From Acidobacteriota bacterium (lineage in GTDB: Bacteria > Acidobacteriota > Terriglobia > Acidiferrales > UBA7541), in contig PMHK01000147.1 of the NCBI GenBank assembly GCA_003156635.1, positions 621-44,251 of the forward strand: a DNA stretch of 43,631 bases. The letters are read 5' to 3'. The translations under genes and the position numbers were made by a program. Below, in pieces: positions 21,023 through 29,761 of the stretch. Under the pieces are notes generated by a model. It searched no databases. It had not been told where the DNA came from and saw only the letters and a list, made by a program, of their open reading frames with translations. Position 1 is the stretch's first letter. Every line of letters begins with the position of its first letter.

Positions 21023-22258
21023 CTAGGTGGTTGGCGATGGCGACTGGCCGAAACGGGCGGCGTGGCGCTCTTTTCCCAAGGCGGTCATCAGGATGGCCAG
21101 GGTGAAGACGATCGCTGTGGTGGAAGCCACGGCGACGCTGTAGGTCAGGCGGCGGGCCAAGAGGGATTGCAGTACGCCGATGTAGCTGGCGAGAAGGGCA
21201 CCGCATTGATAGCCGAAGCCGGGAAGGAAGCCGCGGATGGCGTCGGGCGAAAGCTCGGAGAGGTGCGCGGGGATGACGCCCCAGGCGCCTTGCACCAAAA
21301 ATTGCATGACGAAGGCGCCGGCGATGAGCGCAGTGGTGTTAGTGGGGAAGGCCCAGAGGGGAATTACGAGCAGGGCGACGGCGAAGGCCAGCATGATGGA
21401 GCGGCGACGGCCGAGGCGATCGGAAATCAGGCCGAATAGGGTGCCGCCTAAAATGGCGCCGAGCATCGAGATGGCGGTGACGACGGCAACTTTGTGGACG
21501 GAGAAGGACCACTGGCGTTTGAGGAGTGTTGGATACATGTCCTGCGTGCCGTGGGAGGACATGTTCATGGTCATCATGAAGATCGTGATGTAGATGAAAA
21601 GTTTCCAGTTGGAGGCGAGAGTGCGGCCGAGCGAGTGCCAGTTGGGTGCTTTGCTTTCGTGCCACACCGAGGATTCCTTGACTTTCAGGAGGACCACTCC
21701 GGCAGCGAGCAGCGCCGGCAGACTGCCCAGGAAAAATAGCGGACGCCAGCCCCAGCGATCGAAGAACAGGAAATAGGCGACGGCGGCGAGCAAATAACCC
21801 AACGCATAACCTTCTTGCAGGATCCCGGAAAAGAAACCGCGCTTTTCGGGAGGGACTTTTTCCATGGCGAGCGAAGCGCCGACTCCCCATTGGCCACCCA
21901 TGACCAGGCCGAAAAGGGCGCGGAGGACGAGGAAAGAAAGAAATGTGGGCGCGAGGCCGGTGAAGAGTTGGACCGCGGCGGAAAGCGCGAGATTGGCCAT
22001 GAGCGGAACGCGACGGCCGTAGCGGTCGGCGAGAAGTCCGAAGACCAGAGCGCCGACGGGACGCAGGGCCAGCGTGATGGTGAGAGCGAAGGCCATGCTG
22101 ACGTCGGATTTATGGAATTCGCGGCCGATGTCGGTGAGGCAGAAGACGACCAGGAAAAAATCGAAGGCGTCGAGAGTCCAGCCGGTGAGTCCGACTAAAA
22201 AGGCGGTATAGCGATCGCTGGTGGGTGCGTTGATTGGGCCGGTTTCGATCGAAGACAT
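21023..22258 (-). CDS. MFS transporter (metabolite:H+ symporter-like)
   Basis: About 12 predicted hydrophobic segments. MFS motif A GLLADRYGRRVPLM and a second copy GLISDRLGRRRS. Start placed at the ATG at 22258 (MSSIETGPINAP...) with GGAGAG upstream; the ORF could extend to 22303. Confidence 0.8.
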   Translation of the reverse strand: MSSIETGPINAPTSDRYTAFLVGLTGWTLDAFDFFLVVFCLTDIGREFHKSDVSMAFALTITLALRPVGALVFGLLADRYGRRVPLMANLALSAAVQLFTGLAPTFLSFLVLRALFGLVMGGQWGVGASLAMEKVPPEKRGFFSGILQEGYALGYLLAAVAYFLFFDRWGWRPLFFLGSLPALLAAGVVLLKVKESSVWHESKAPNWHSLGRTLASNWKLFIYITIFMMTMNMSSHGTQDMYPTLLKRQWSFSVHKVAVVTAISMLGAILGGTLFGLISDRLGRRRSIMLAFAVALLVIPLWAFPTNTTALIAGAFVMQFLVQGAWGVIPAHLSELSPDAIRGFLPGFGYQCGALLASYIGVLQSLLARRLTYSVAVASTTAIVFTLAILMTALGKERHAARFGQSPSPTT

Positions 22259-22414
22259 TTTTTGCCGCGCTCTCCGTTCCCCAATATTGGCCGTAGCGGC
22301 CACCGCGAAAAATGGCGCGCTCGCGACTCTACCTCAGACTGCGGGGCCTTGGTGTAATGTTATTGGTGATGAGGCGTTCGTGAAGATTTAACTTCCGGAT
22401 TTTTGGAGCGCATC

Positions 22415-22909
22415 GTGAGCGTGAAACAAATTGCGGTGGAACGATTCAGCGTTACCTCTTCCAAGCCGTTCGACGAAATCGTCAAGGCGCTGGAGGCGAC
22501 GATTGGGCGTTCGGACTTGAACGCGTTCGGGAGTCGTTTGAAATCGGCGAAAAGTTTTCAGGATGTGGAAACCATCGTGAATGAGGCGGTGGGGCCATCC
22601 GGTTTCATGGAATTTTCGCGATTCGATCTGGGTGCCATTTTGCGCAAGGAGCGGGGAAGCGACCAGCCGCGGATTTTGCGGCTGGTGGTGGGGAATCCGC
22701 TCATCATGAAAAAGATGGTCGAGCGGGTGGTAGACGCGGGGTCGTATGCGCCGGTGACGATTTTGGTGGATGAGCGAGCGGACGGAGTGCATCTTTCGTA
22801 CGACCGCATGGCAAGTTTTCTGGGTTCCTACCAGAATGAGGAAGCGTTGAAGGTGGCACGAGAGCTGGACGCTAAGGTAGAAGGCCTGCTCAACGCAGCG
22901 GCCCAGTAG
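22415..22909 (+). CDS. DUF302 domain protein
   Basis: FSVTSSKPFDEIVKALEATIG...FMEFSRFDLGAIL...RLVVGNPLIMKKMV fits the DUF302 pattern. GTG at 22415 is preceded by GGAG at 22405-22408. An in-frame TTG at 22403 is also possible. Confidence 0.7.
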   Translation: MSVKQIAVERFSVTSSKPFDEIVKALEATIGRSDLNAFGSRLKSAKSFQDVETIVNEAVGPSGFMEFSRFDLGAILRKERGSDQPRILRLVVGNPLIMKKMVERVVDAGSYAPVTILVDERADGVHLSYDRMASFLGSYQNEEALKVARELDAKVEGLLNAAAQ

Positions 22910-22965
22910 CCGAGAGGCTGGCACGACACGCGCAGGATAGCGCTGGGTGATTTCACGGGAGATCG

Positions 22966-23976
22966 ATGACGGAACGAGTGCTGGTGACCGGCGGCGCGGG
23001 ATATATCGGCGGCGTGGTGGTGGCGCAATTGTTGCAACGGGCCTATGACGTGGTGGTGCTGGACGATCTTTCGAATGGCTGCCGGGCCGCGGTGCCAGAG
23101 GGCGCGCGGCTGGCGGTGGGAGACGTCGGGGATCGAGCGGCGCTGGACCGTTTGTTCCGCGAATATTCGTTCGATGCGGTGATGCATTTTGCGGCCTTCA
23201 TCGAAGCGGGCGAATCGATGAAGTTCCCGGCAAAATATTTCCGGAACAATACAGCGAACGCGCTGACTTTGCTGGACGCGGTGACGACGCATAAGGTTCC
23301 GCGATTCGTATTTTCGTCGACGGCGGCTTTGTACGGCACGCCGGAGCGCACGCCTATCGAAGAAACAGATACGCTGCGCCCGACCAATACCTATGGCGAA
23401 ACGAAGTTGCTGGTCGAGCGGATGCTGGAGTGGTTCAACCGCATCCACGGGCTGCGCTATGCGTGCCTGCGGTATTTCAACGCCGCGGGAGCGGCCGGCG
23501 CGCAAGGCGAGGACCACCATCCGGAATCGCACCTGATTCCGCTGACGCTGCAGGTGGCATTAGGCCAGCGCAAGGAACTTTCGATTTATGGCACGGATTA
23601 TCCGACCGCGGACGGGACCTGCGTGCGGGATTATGTGCACGTTTCCGATCTGGCTAGCGCTCATGTGCTGGTGCTGCAGGCGCTGAAAGAAAAAGACAAG
23701 TTGATCTACAACCTGGGGAACGGCCACGGATTCAGCGTGCGCGAGGTGATCGAAACGGCGCGGCGGGTTACGGGCCAGGCGATTCCGGCGCTGGAAACGC
23801 AGCGAAGGCCGGGAGATCCGGCGGTGCTGGTGGCCAGCGCGGAAAAAATCAAAAAGGAATTAGGTTGGCAGCCGGAATATGCGAGCCTGGAAGCGATTGT
23901 GCGCAGCGCGTGGGATTGGCGGCGGGCGCATCCGGCAGGATATTCCAGCGACTCTTCTCAGAAGAACCGGTCGTAA
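22966..23976 (+). CDS. galE: UDP-glucose 4-epimerase
   Basis: VLVTGGAGYIGG Rossmann motif, SSTAALYG, catalytic YGETK, LRYFNAAGA and DGTCVRDYVHVSDLA. This is a full-length GalE pattern. Confidence 0.9.
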   Translation: MTERVLVTGGAGYIGGVVVAQLLQRAYDVVVLDDLSNGCRAAVPEGARLAVGDVGDRAALDRLFREYSFDAVMHFAAFIEAGESMKFPAKYFRNNTANALTLLDAVTTHKVPRFVFSSTAALYGTPERTPIEETDTLRPTNTYGETKLLVERMLEWFNRIHGLRYACLRYFNAAGAAGAQGEDHHPESHLIPLTLQVALGQRKELSIYGTDYPTADGTCVRDYVHVSDLASAHVLVLQALKEKDKLIYNLGNGHGFSVREVIETARRVTGQAIPALETQRRPGDPAVLVASAEKIKKELGWQPEYASLEAIVRSAWDWRRAHPAGYSSDSSQKNRS

Positions 23977-24003
23977 CTCTCTACATTTTTTCGGCTAATT
24001 GCT

Positions 24004-25305
24004 TCAGTTGCGTTCGCCAAGGTTTGCGGCGTAGGCGAGTAGGCGCGCGTCGGCGCCCCGGGCGGCGATGAGTTGCACGCCAGCGCCGGTCGCAGTGGGC
24101 AACGTTACAACCGGCACGCCGGCGAGGCTCATGGGGACGGTGTACCGGAGCATCATGCGGCGCGTGTTGCTGTGGTCGGCGCCGGCGATCAGCTGGTGAA
24201 CCGGGGCGCATGGGGCGATCAGGAAATCGTATTCACGGAGAAGTGCATCGGTTCGTTCGCGAAATTTCGCGTGGCTTTGGCGGAGCGCTTCGATTTCAGT
24301 GAGCGGAATGGAGGCGCCCCAGGTGAGTCGCTCGGCGATGGATTTTTCGAAGTGCGAAAAATCGCCTTCGGTAGCTGCGGTGTGAATGGCGGCAGCTTCG
24401 TGAGCCTGGATCGGCGCGAAGATATCGATCGCGCCTTCCCAGAATTGCGAGTCTATCGGTGAGATCTCCGCGCGGCGTTCGGACATTTCGCTTTTCCACT
24501 TTGCAAAACTGGTCAAAACCTCCGGGTCGCAATCGTGCAGGAAATCCTGAGGTACGGAGCCGATGCGGACTTTCATCTGCGCGCTGGGCGGGACGCGAAG
24601 ATCGAACAAGGCTTCGGCGAGAAGCGGGGCGTCGCGCAAATCGCGAAAGAGCCAGCCGAGAGTGTCGAAGGATGGCGCCAGGTGAAAGCCTCCACGCCAG
24701 AGACCGCACTGATGCGCGAGTTCGATCGATGCGCGATAACCGGCCAAGCCGCAGAGCGCGGCAGGAACGCGGATGGAGCCGCCGGTATCGGTCCCGATGG
24801 CGGCGACGGCTGAGCCTTCCTGCACACCGGCGGCGCTGCCGCTGGAAGAGCCGCCGGTCAAGCGGCTTGGATCGCGGGGTTGGACGCAGTCACCGTAGTC
24901 CGGATTTTCTCCGGTGATCCCGTAGGCGAGTTGATGCAGGTGCGCTTTGCCGACGATAACCGCGCCTTGCGAACGCAGGCGCGCCGCAACAGAGGAGTCC
25001 GCGCGGGCGATTCCATTGTTGGCGGCATAGAATTTCGATCCACAACTCGTGGAGAACCCTTCGAGATCGAAACAGTCTTTCAGCGAGATGGGCAGGCCGT
25101 ACAGCGACGGCTTTGGATTTGCAGCGAAGCGGCTCGGCAAGACGGATGCGTCTTTGAGGGTGCGTTCGGCATCGAGCGAAATGTAGACATTGTGGCTGGT
25201 ATTGCTGTTGGCGCGGACGAGCGCATCTTTGGCGACGGATTCGGGCGAAGCATTCCCTGCTGCGAGCGCCTGGCGCAAGTCTGGAATTGAATCGATATCG
25301 ATCAT
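24004..25305 (-). CDS. amidase (amidase-signature family, GatA-like)
   Basis: Lys context PISLKDCFDLEG, the signature GGSSSGSAAGV, and TDTGGSIRVPAALCG. Substrate unknown. Confidence 0.85.
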   Translation of the reverse strand: MIDIDSIPDLRQALAAGNASPESVAKDALVRANSNTSHNVYISLDAERTLKDASVLPSRFAANPKPSLYGLPISLKDCFDLEGFSTSCGSKFYAANNGIARADSSVAARLRSQGAVIVGKAHLHQLAYGITGENPDYGDCVQPRDPSRLTGGSSSGSAAGVQEGSAVAAIGTDTGGSIRVPAALCGLAGYRASIELAHQCGLWRGGFHLAPSFDTLGWLFRDLRDAPLLAEALFDLRVPPSAQMKVRIGSVPQDFLHDCDPEVLTSFAKWKSEMSERRAEISPIDSQFWEGAIDIFAPIQAHEAAAIHTAATEGDFSHFEKSIAERLTWGASIPLTEIEALRQSHAKFRERTDALLREYDFLIAPCAPVHQLIAGADHSNTRRMMLRYTVPMSLAGVPVVTLPTATGAGVQLIAARGADARLLAYAANLGERN

Positions 25306-25380
25306 GACCGGGTATTTTAACCGGAGGAGTCGAACCTGGTAACGGAAGTTGTGCGGCGCGGGAATTTCAACGCGTGAAAT

Positions 25381-25644
25381 TTACGGCTTCGTGCGAATTC
25401 CGTCCGCAGGCGGAGATGCTTTTTGAGGCTTGCCCTCGGTTTGGTTAAGGATGATGCGCACGCGTTGCCAGCCGAAGTTGATCGCGCTGGCGAAATCCGC
25501 AAAGCCGATGCAACGAGTCAAGGCTTTCGGGTTGTGACATTCCTCATAGACCGGTACGTCGGCTGGCTGCAGCGGCAGCGGGCCGAGAATCTGGTGATGC
25601 CAGCGGCCCTGCGCGTCTCGATAGGCGTTAACGTCAAAGTCCAT
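25381..25644 (-). CDS. hypothetical protein (87 aa)
   Basis: An ORF with GC-rich third positions, on the same strand as and 75 nt upstream of the amidase. No clear SD and no recognisable domain. The competing + strand ORF 25423..25767 looks less protein-like. Confidence 0.4.
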   Translation of the reverse strand: MDFDVNAYRDAQGRWHHQILGPLPLQPADVPVYEECHNPKALTRCIGFADFASAINFGWQRVRIILNQTEGKPQKASPPADGIRTKP

Positions 25645-25879
25645 TTTTTGGTTCGCACCGCGCGGAAGCTACGTCCGGGGAGGCCCCACAGTATGCACTT
25701 CCGGCCTTACTGTCAACGGTGTAGGCGAATTTTGCTAATGCAATTTTCAGGGTCAGATACAGGCTGAGAGGTATTCGAATTTTCCGGTGAAAAAGCTACG
25801 GTGGGAATTGCGATGCGAGAAGCTGGCATCGACTCGAACTGGCGACGAATAGGTTCACGCAAAATTGGAGGACACGTTC

Positions 25880-26413
25880 ATGAAGCTGAACACACTCATC
25901 GGGTCTGGAATTCTAATGTTGGCGTTAGGTATGGTCGCGCCCACGTACGCCCAAGAACAGCAGGATCATCCGACCAAACCGGAAGAGGGAAAGCCGGAGG
26001 ACAAGCCCCAGCAGCAGGCCGAACCGCCGAAGACTCCGAGCGACCAGCCGCGCTCAACAGAGCGAGAGGCCAAACCGCCGGAAGAGAAGCAGCCGCGACC
26101 CGAGAAACAAGAAGCACCGGCCAGGCAAGCACAGCAAAACGAGCAGAAGCAAACCGCGCCACAGCACGGTCGAATTCCAGACGACAAGTACAAGGCCAAT
26201 TTCGGAAAGGAACACAGATTTCACATCGGGCACCCCGTAATCGTGGGAGGCCGGCCGCGATTTGAATATGGCGGCTACTCGTTTTTCATTACCGAAGCGT
26301 GGCCCAGCGGATGGAGCTACGACGATTACGTCTACATCATAGACATAAACGGCGTCTATTATCTGGTGGACGACGCGCATTCAGGAGTGCAACTGGCGCT
26401 GACCATCGGCTAA
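25880..26413 (+). CDS. secreted protein with a P/E/K/Q-rich low-complexity region and a compact aromatic C-terminal domain
   Basis: GGAGGA (25867-25872) lies 7 nt before the ATG at 25880. Signal peptide MKLNTLIGSGILMLALGMVAPTYA/QE. About 85 aa of PEEGKPEDKPQQQAEPPK-type sequence. C-terminus RIPDDKYKANFGKEHRFHIG...GGYSFFITEAWPSGWSYDDYVYIIDINGVYYLV. A strong terminator follows. Confidence 0.75.
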   Translation: MKLNTLIGSGILMLALGMVAPTYAQEQQDHPTKPEEGKPEDKPQQQAEPPKTPSDQPRSTEREAKPPEEKQPRPEKQEAPARQAQQNEQKQTAPQHGRIPDDKYKANFGKEHRFHIGHPVIVGGRPRFEYGGYSFFITEAWPSGWSYDDYVYIIDINGVYYLVDDAHSGVQLALTIG

Positions 26414-26463
26414 TGCCGGCGAAGCACGATCGCGGCGACCAGCTACAAAGTGTTTCTGCTCGA

Positions 26464-26503
26464 AGCCTGACTGCGCATGGTGCAGTCAGGCTTTCGTTTT
26501 CTT
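26464..26503 (+). terminator. Rho-independent terminator
   Basis: AGCCTGACTGC (26464-26474) pairs perfectly with GCAGTCAGGCT (26482-26492) and is followed by TTCGTTTTCTT. It lies 50 nt after the stop at 26413. Confidence 0.75.
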
Positions 26504-26505
26504 GG

Positions 26506-27879
26506 TTAGGGCTCGACCAGCTTCACGGAATCCATCAGGCCGAAGAATCCTTCGATCATAGTGGGATGTATGAAGACCGCGCCCTTCATCAAGGTGTATG
26601 GCGCATTCGCCAGTATCATCATGCCGAGGACTTGCACCAGCTCGCCGCCTTCATCGCCAAGGATGCCAGCACCCAGAATGCGGTCAGTGGCGGCGTCGAC
26701 GATGATCTTCATAAAGCCCAGCGTTTCACTTTTTTCGATGGCACGGGAGACGGACGTCATGGGGAAGAGCCCCATCTTGAATTTTTTTCCGGAGGCGCGC
26801 GCCTGAGCTTCGGTGATTCCAACTCGCCCCAGTTGCGGGTCGGTGAAGAGTGCGTAGGGGAGATAACGGTTCTCGATGGTTTGATTTTTCCCTTCGATCA
26901 GGTTGGCGTAGACGATTTGGTAGTCGTTGTAGGAGATGTGGGTGAACGCTGGGCCACCCTTGATGTCGCCCAAGGCCCAAACTCCCGGGACGTTGGTTTC
27001 CATGCGCGAATTGGTCTTGATGTAGCCGCGATCGTCAGTGGCGATTCCGGCTTTAGCGAGCTCCAGATCGGCCGAGGTTGGCTTGCGGCCGGTGGCGACC
27101 AGAAGATGTGAACCGATGATCGTTTGGCGGCCCCGCGGCGTGTCGATCGTTAAGGATATTTCACCGTTGCGATTCTCGACTTGCTTGGTTTGCGCGGACA
27201 ATTGAAATTTTAAACCGTCGGCTTCGAGGATTTTTTGCAGCTCCGCCACGAGGTCTTCATCTTCGCGGGACAGCAGGCGTTTGCCGCTATGGACAACGGT
27301 GACCTGACTGCCGAAGCGGCGAAACATCTGGCCGAATTCGAGGCCAATGTAGCCGCCGCCGAGAATGAGCAGATGCTTGGGAACTTCCTGTAAATCCATG
27401 ACCGAGGCGTTGGTGAGGAAAGGCACGGAATCGAGACCGGGGATGGAAGGGATTTGTGGGGCGGTTCCGGTGTCGATGAAGATCTTTTCGCTTTCGAATG
27501 TTTCGGTACCGACTTGCACTTGATGCGGACCGATGAAACGGGCGCTGCCCTGAACCAGGCGAATGTTCGGCCGGCGATCGACTCCTTTTTGAATGGCGTC
27601 GCGAAAACCCTGCACGATACGATTTTTTCGGGCGACGACCTCAGGGAAGTTGACGGTAACTTCACTTACATGAATGCCCCAACGCGCGCCCTCGCGTGCG
27701 TAGTGAGCGACTTGCGCCGAAGCGATCAGGGATTTGGTGGGGGTGCAGCCAGTGTTGATGCACGAGCCCCCGAGTTGGGCGCGCTCGATGAAGGCGACTT
27801 TCCAGCCGAGGTCGGCGAGGGCATAAGAAAGCGGCTTGTTGGCCTGGCCCGCGCCAATGGTGATGGCGTCGAATTTCAT
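26506..27879 (-). CDS. FAD-dependent pyridine nucleotide-disulfide oxidoreductase (class I; MerA/RclA/Lpd-like)
   Basis: ORF trimmed to the ATG at 27877-27879, with GGGAGA upstream. Motifs: FDAITIGAGQAN (FAD), redox-active GGSCINTGCTPTK, LLILGGGYIGLEFG (NAD(P)H), GDIKGGPAFTH, and the C-terminal HPTMIEGF dimer-interface His. Confidence 0.85.
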   Translation of the reverse strand: MKFDAITIGAGQANKPLSYALADLGWKVAFIERAQLGGSCINTGCTPTKSLIASAQVAHYAREGARWGIHVSEVTVNFPEVVARKNRIVQGFRDAIQKGVDRRPNIRLVQGSARFIGPHQVQVGTETFESEKIFIDTGTAPQIPSIPGLDSVPFLTNASVMDLQEVPKHLLILGGGYIGLEFGQMFRRFGSQVTVVHSGKRLLSREDEDLVAELQKILEADGLKFQLSAQTKQVENRNGEISLTIDTPRGRQTIIGSHLLVATGRKPTSADLELAKAGIATDDRGYIKTNSRMETNVPGVWALGDIKGGPAFTHISYNDYQIVYANLIEGKNQTIENRYLPYALFTDPQLGRVGITEAQARASGKKFKMGLFPMTSVSRAIEKSETLGFMKIIVDAATDRILGAGILGDEGGELVQVLGMMILANAPYTLMKGAVFIHPTMIEGFFGLMDSVKLVEP

Positions 27880-28016
27880 ATTCGTCTCCCGGCGAATGCC
27901 TCTGCGGATGAGCGAGTAGTGTACCCGGATTTTTGCCGGCGCAAGGGGGAGTGGAAGAGGAAACCGCAAGTAAGAATTGAGTCACGTTTTGGAGCGCAGC
28001 AAATTAGAATCTAGGC

Positions 28017-28274
28017 ATGGCCAGGGGATGGGAAAGCAAAGGGGTGGAAGGGCAAGTGCAGGAACGCGAGACGAAAGAAGACCGCAAAAATAAGAAGCAG
28101 GTCTCGCAAGATCAGGTGGAAGTGCGCCGGCAACGCGGAATTTTGATGTTGTCACGGGCGCGGGTAGAGATTCAATTGCAGGGCGCGCAGGCGGAGCGGT
28201 ATCGCGAACAATTGACGCGGGCGTTGGCGGATATTGATTCGCAGTTGGCGAAACTCCCCGAAGAAAAGAAGTAG
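28017..28274 (+). CDS. small charged hypothetical protein (85 aa)
   Basis: MARGWESKGVEGQVQE... followed by a K/R/E-rich helical sequence. From memory, the N-terminal motif resembles a small conserved family in delta-proteobacteria and Acidobacteria. No SD seen. Confidence 0.5.
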   Translation: MARGWESKGVEGQVQERETKEDRKNKKQVSQDQVEVRRQRGILMLSRARVEIQLQGAQAERYREQLTRALADIDSQLAKLPEEKK

Positions 28275-28334
28275 AAGTTCTCCTCGCCTCAATTTTAGTC
28301 CGTTTAGATTTTCACACCGATCAAATGAACCAAT

Positions 28335-29528
28335 CTAATCGCGGGGACGGCCGGGGTCGGGGTCTTCAATGAAGACTACGCCTACGCCGTGTTGGTCTTT
28401 TTCGCGGCCGGGCTCGAAGTGAACGACCGTGGCGCGCAGCGAGAGGATGCTGGCGCGGGACGGTTCATCGGAGGCTTCGATCACGACGCGCAGCTCGGAT
28501 TGCAGGCGGGGGCGGGCTTTCAGCGCGAGATAGGCGCCCTGCAAGCTGATGTCGCGGACCGTCGCTTTTTCCTCGAACGCCTTACCGTCTTCGGTGTGAC
28601 CGGTGACGATGGCGACAAAGCGCAGGCGGCGGCGCAGGGCGAGACGCGATTCGCGCATGGCAACGTCTACGCCGCGTTCACTGAGCGAAATGGACATTCC
28701 TTCCGAGGCGGCCCAGGTGGCCGGAAACTCCTGACGCGCGGCGGATAAAAAGCCGTCGACATGTTTATCGGTGGAATCGGGATCGTGATGGAACAGGATC
28801 AGGTTACGAACTTTCGCGGCGCGCGCGATTTTCACGCCTTCGAGCCAGCTGGAATGTCCCCAACCTTTGCGTTCAGAGGCGAGCTGTTCAGGGGAATATT
28901 GGGCGTCGTAGATGAGCACGTCGGCGTCATGCGCGAGCTGCAGAAGATTTTGGTCACATTCGGCGGCACCGGGTTCGTTGTCGGTGGCATAAACGATGGA
29001 ACCACCAGTGGTATCGAGCCGATAGCCCAGGCAGCCTTGCGGATGATTTAGGTGACTGGCGGTGATTTTGGTGCCGTTGACGTCCCAGGTTTGGCCCCCG
29101 GAAATCTCATGAAATTCGCGCGAGGCGGTCATCATGGTCACGTCGATCGGGAAATAAGGGCTTGATAGCTGCGCTTCGAAAACCTGCTGCAAGCTGTGCG
29201 GGCCGAGATATTTGGACTGAAAACTGTAAAAGTGGAAACGATTTTGCGATTCGAAGAAGGGATGGAAAAACGGGATGCCCTGGATGTGATCCCAATGATA
29301 GTGCGTGACCAGAATGTGAGATTCGATGCCTGAGCCATTCTGCTGGGCAGTGAGCTGATTGCCCAGGGTACGCAGGCCGGTGCCGCAATCGAGTATGAAA
29401 GAGGTACCGTCAGGCGCGGTGAGTTCGAGGCAGGGAGTATTTCCCCCATAGCGCCAGGTATCGCGCTCGAGCGTGGGCGTCGAGCCCCGAACGCCCCAAA
29501 AAACCAGTTTGGCAGGTTGTTGGGTCAT
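28335..29528 (-). CDS. MBL-fold metallo-hydrolase (Lactamase_B_2-like) fused to a C-terminal PilZ domain
   Basis: N-terminal part: FWGVRGSTPT, ILDCGTG, HILVTHYHWDHIQG (HxHxDH), NHPQGCLGYR, ATDNE, GWGHSS and LFHHDP. C-terminal ~100 aa (nt ~28338-28652): RRRLR (RxxxR) and VRDISLQGAYL (DxSxxG), that is canonical PilZ motifs. Confidence 0.85.
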   Translation of the reverse strand: MTQQPAKLVFWGVRGSTPTLERDTWRYGGNTPCLELTAPDGTSFILDCGTGLRTLGNQLTAQQNGSGIESHILVTHYHWDHIQGIPFFHPFFESQNRFHFYSFQSKYLGPHSLQQVFEAQLSSPYFPIDVTMMTASREFHEISGGQTWDVNGTKITASHLNHPQGCLGYRLDTTGGSIVYATDNEPGAAECDQNLLQLAHDADVLIYDAQYSPEQLASERKGWGHSSWLEGVKIARAAKVRNLILFHHDPDSTDKHVDGFLSAARQEFPATWAASEGMSISLSERGVDVAMRESRLALRRRLRFVAIVTGHTEDGKAFEEKATVRDISLQGAYLALKARPRLQSELRVVIEASDEPSRASILSLRATVVHFEPGREKDQHGVGVVFIEDPDPGRPRD

Positions 29529-29600
29529 GGCTGGACGAATGGGACGCCGCCCGCGTGCACTCCGCCTAGAGGTAACTTCAACAAAACTGATGCCATGGTA

Positions 29601-29675
29601 GGCGGGGCGGAGTGGGGAGTCAATTGAGTTTCGGCTGGCAGGTTCGTTGCGGTGTGGTGGCGGGGCGGTTGGGGA
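29601..29675 (+). repeat. two copies of a G-rich direct repeat in the MBL-PilZ / CDF divergent intergenic region
   Basis: GGCGGGGCGGAGTGGGGA (29601-29618) and GGCGGGGCGGTTGGGGA (29659-29675). ACTCCGCC at 29559-29566 is complementary to GGCGGAGT at 29606-29613. Confidence 0.6.
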
Positions 29676-29761
29676 AAGGCGGATGATTTCGGCTGTGAAT
29701 GTTCGGACGCGTTGCTGAATCGATGCTGTTGCAGTTGATTAACTCCAGTTAGAATTGGGCA

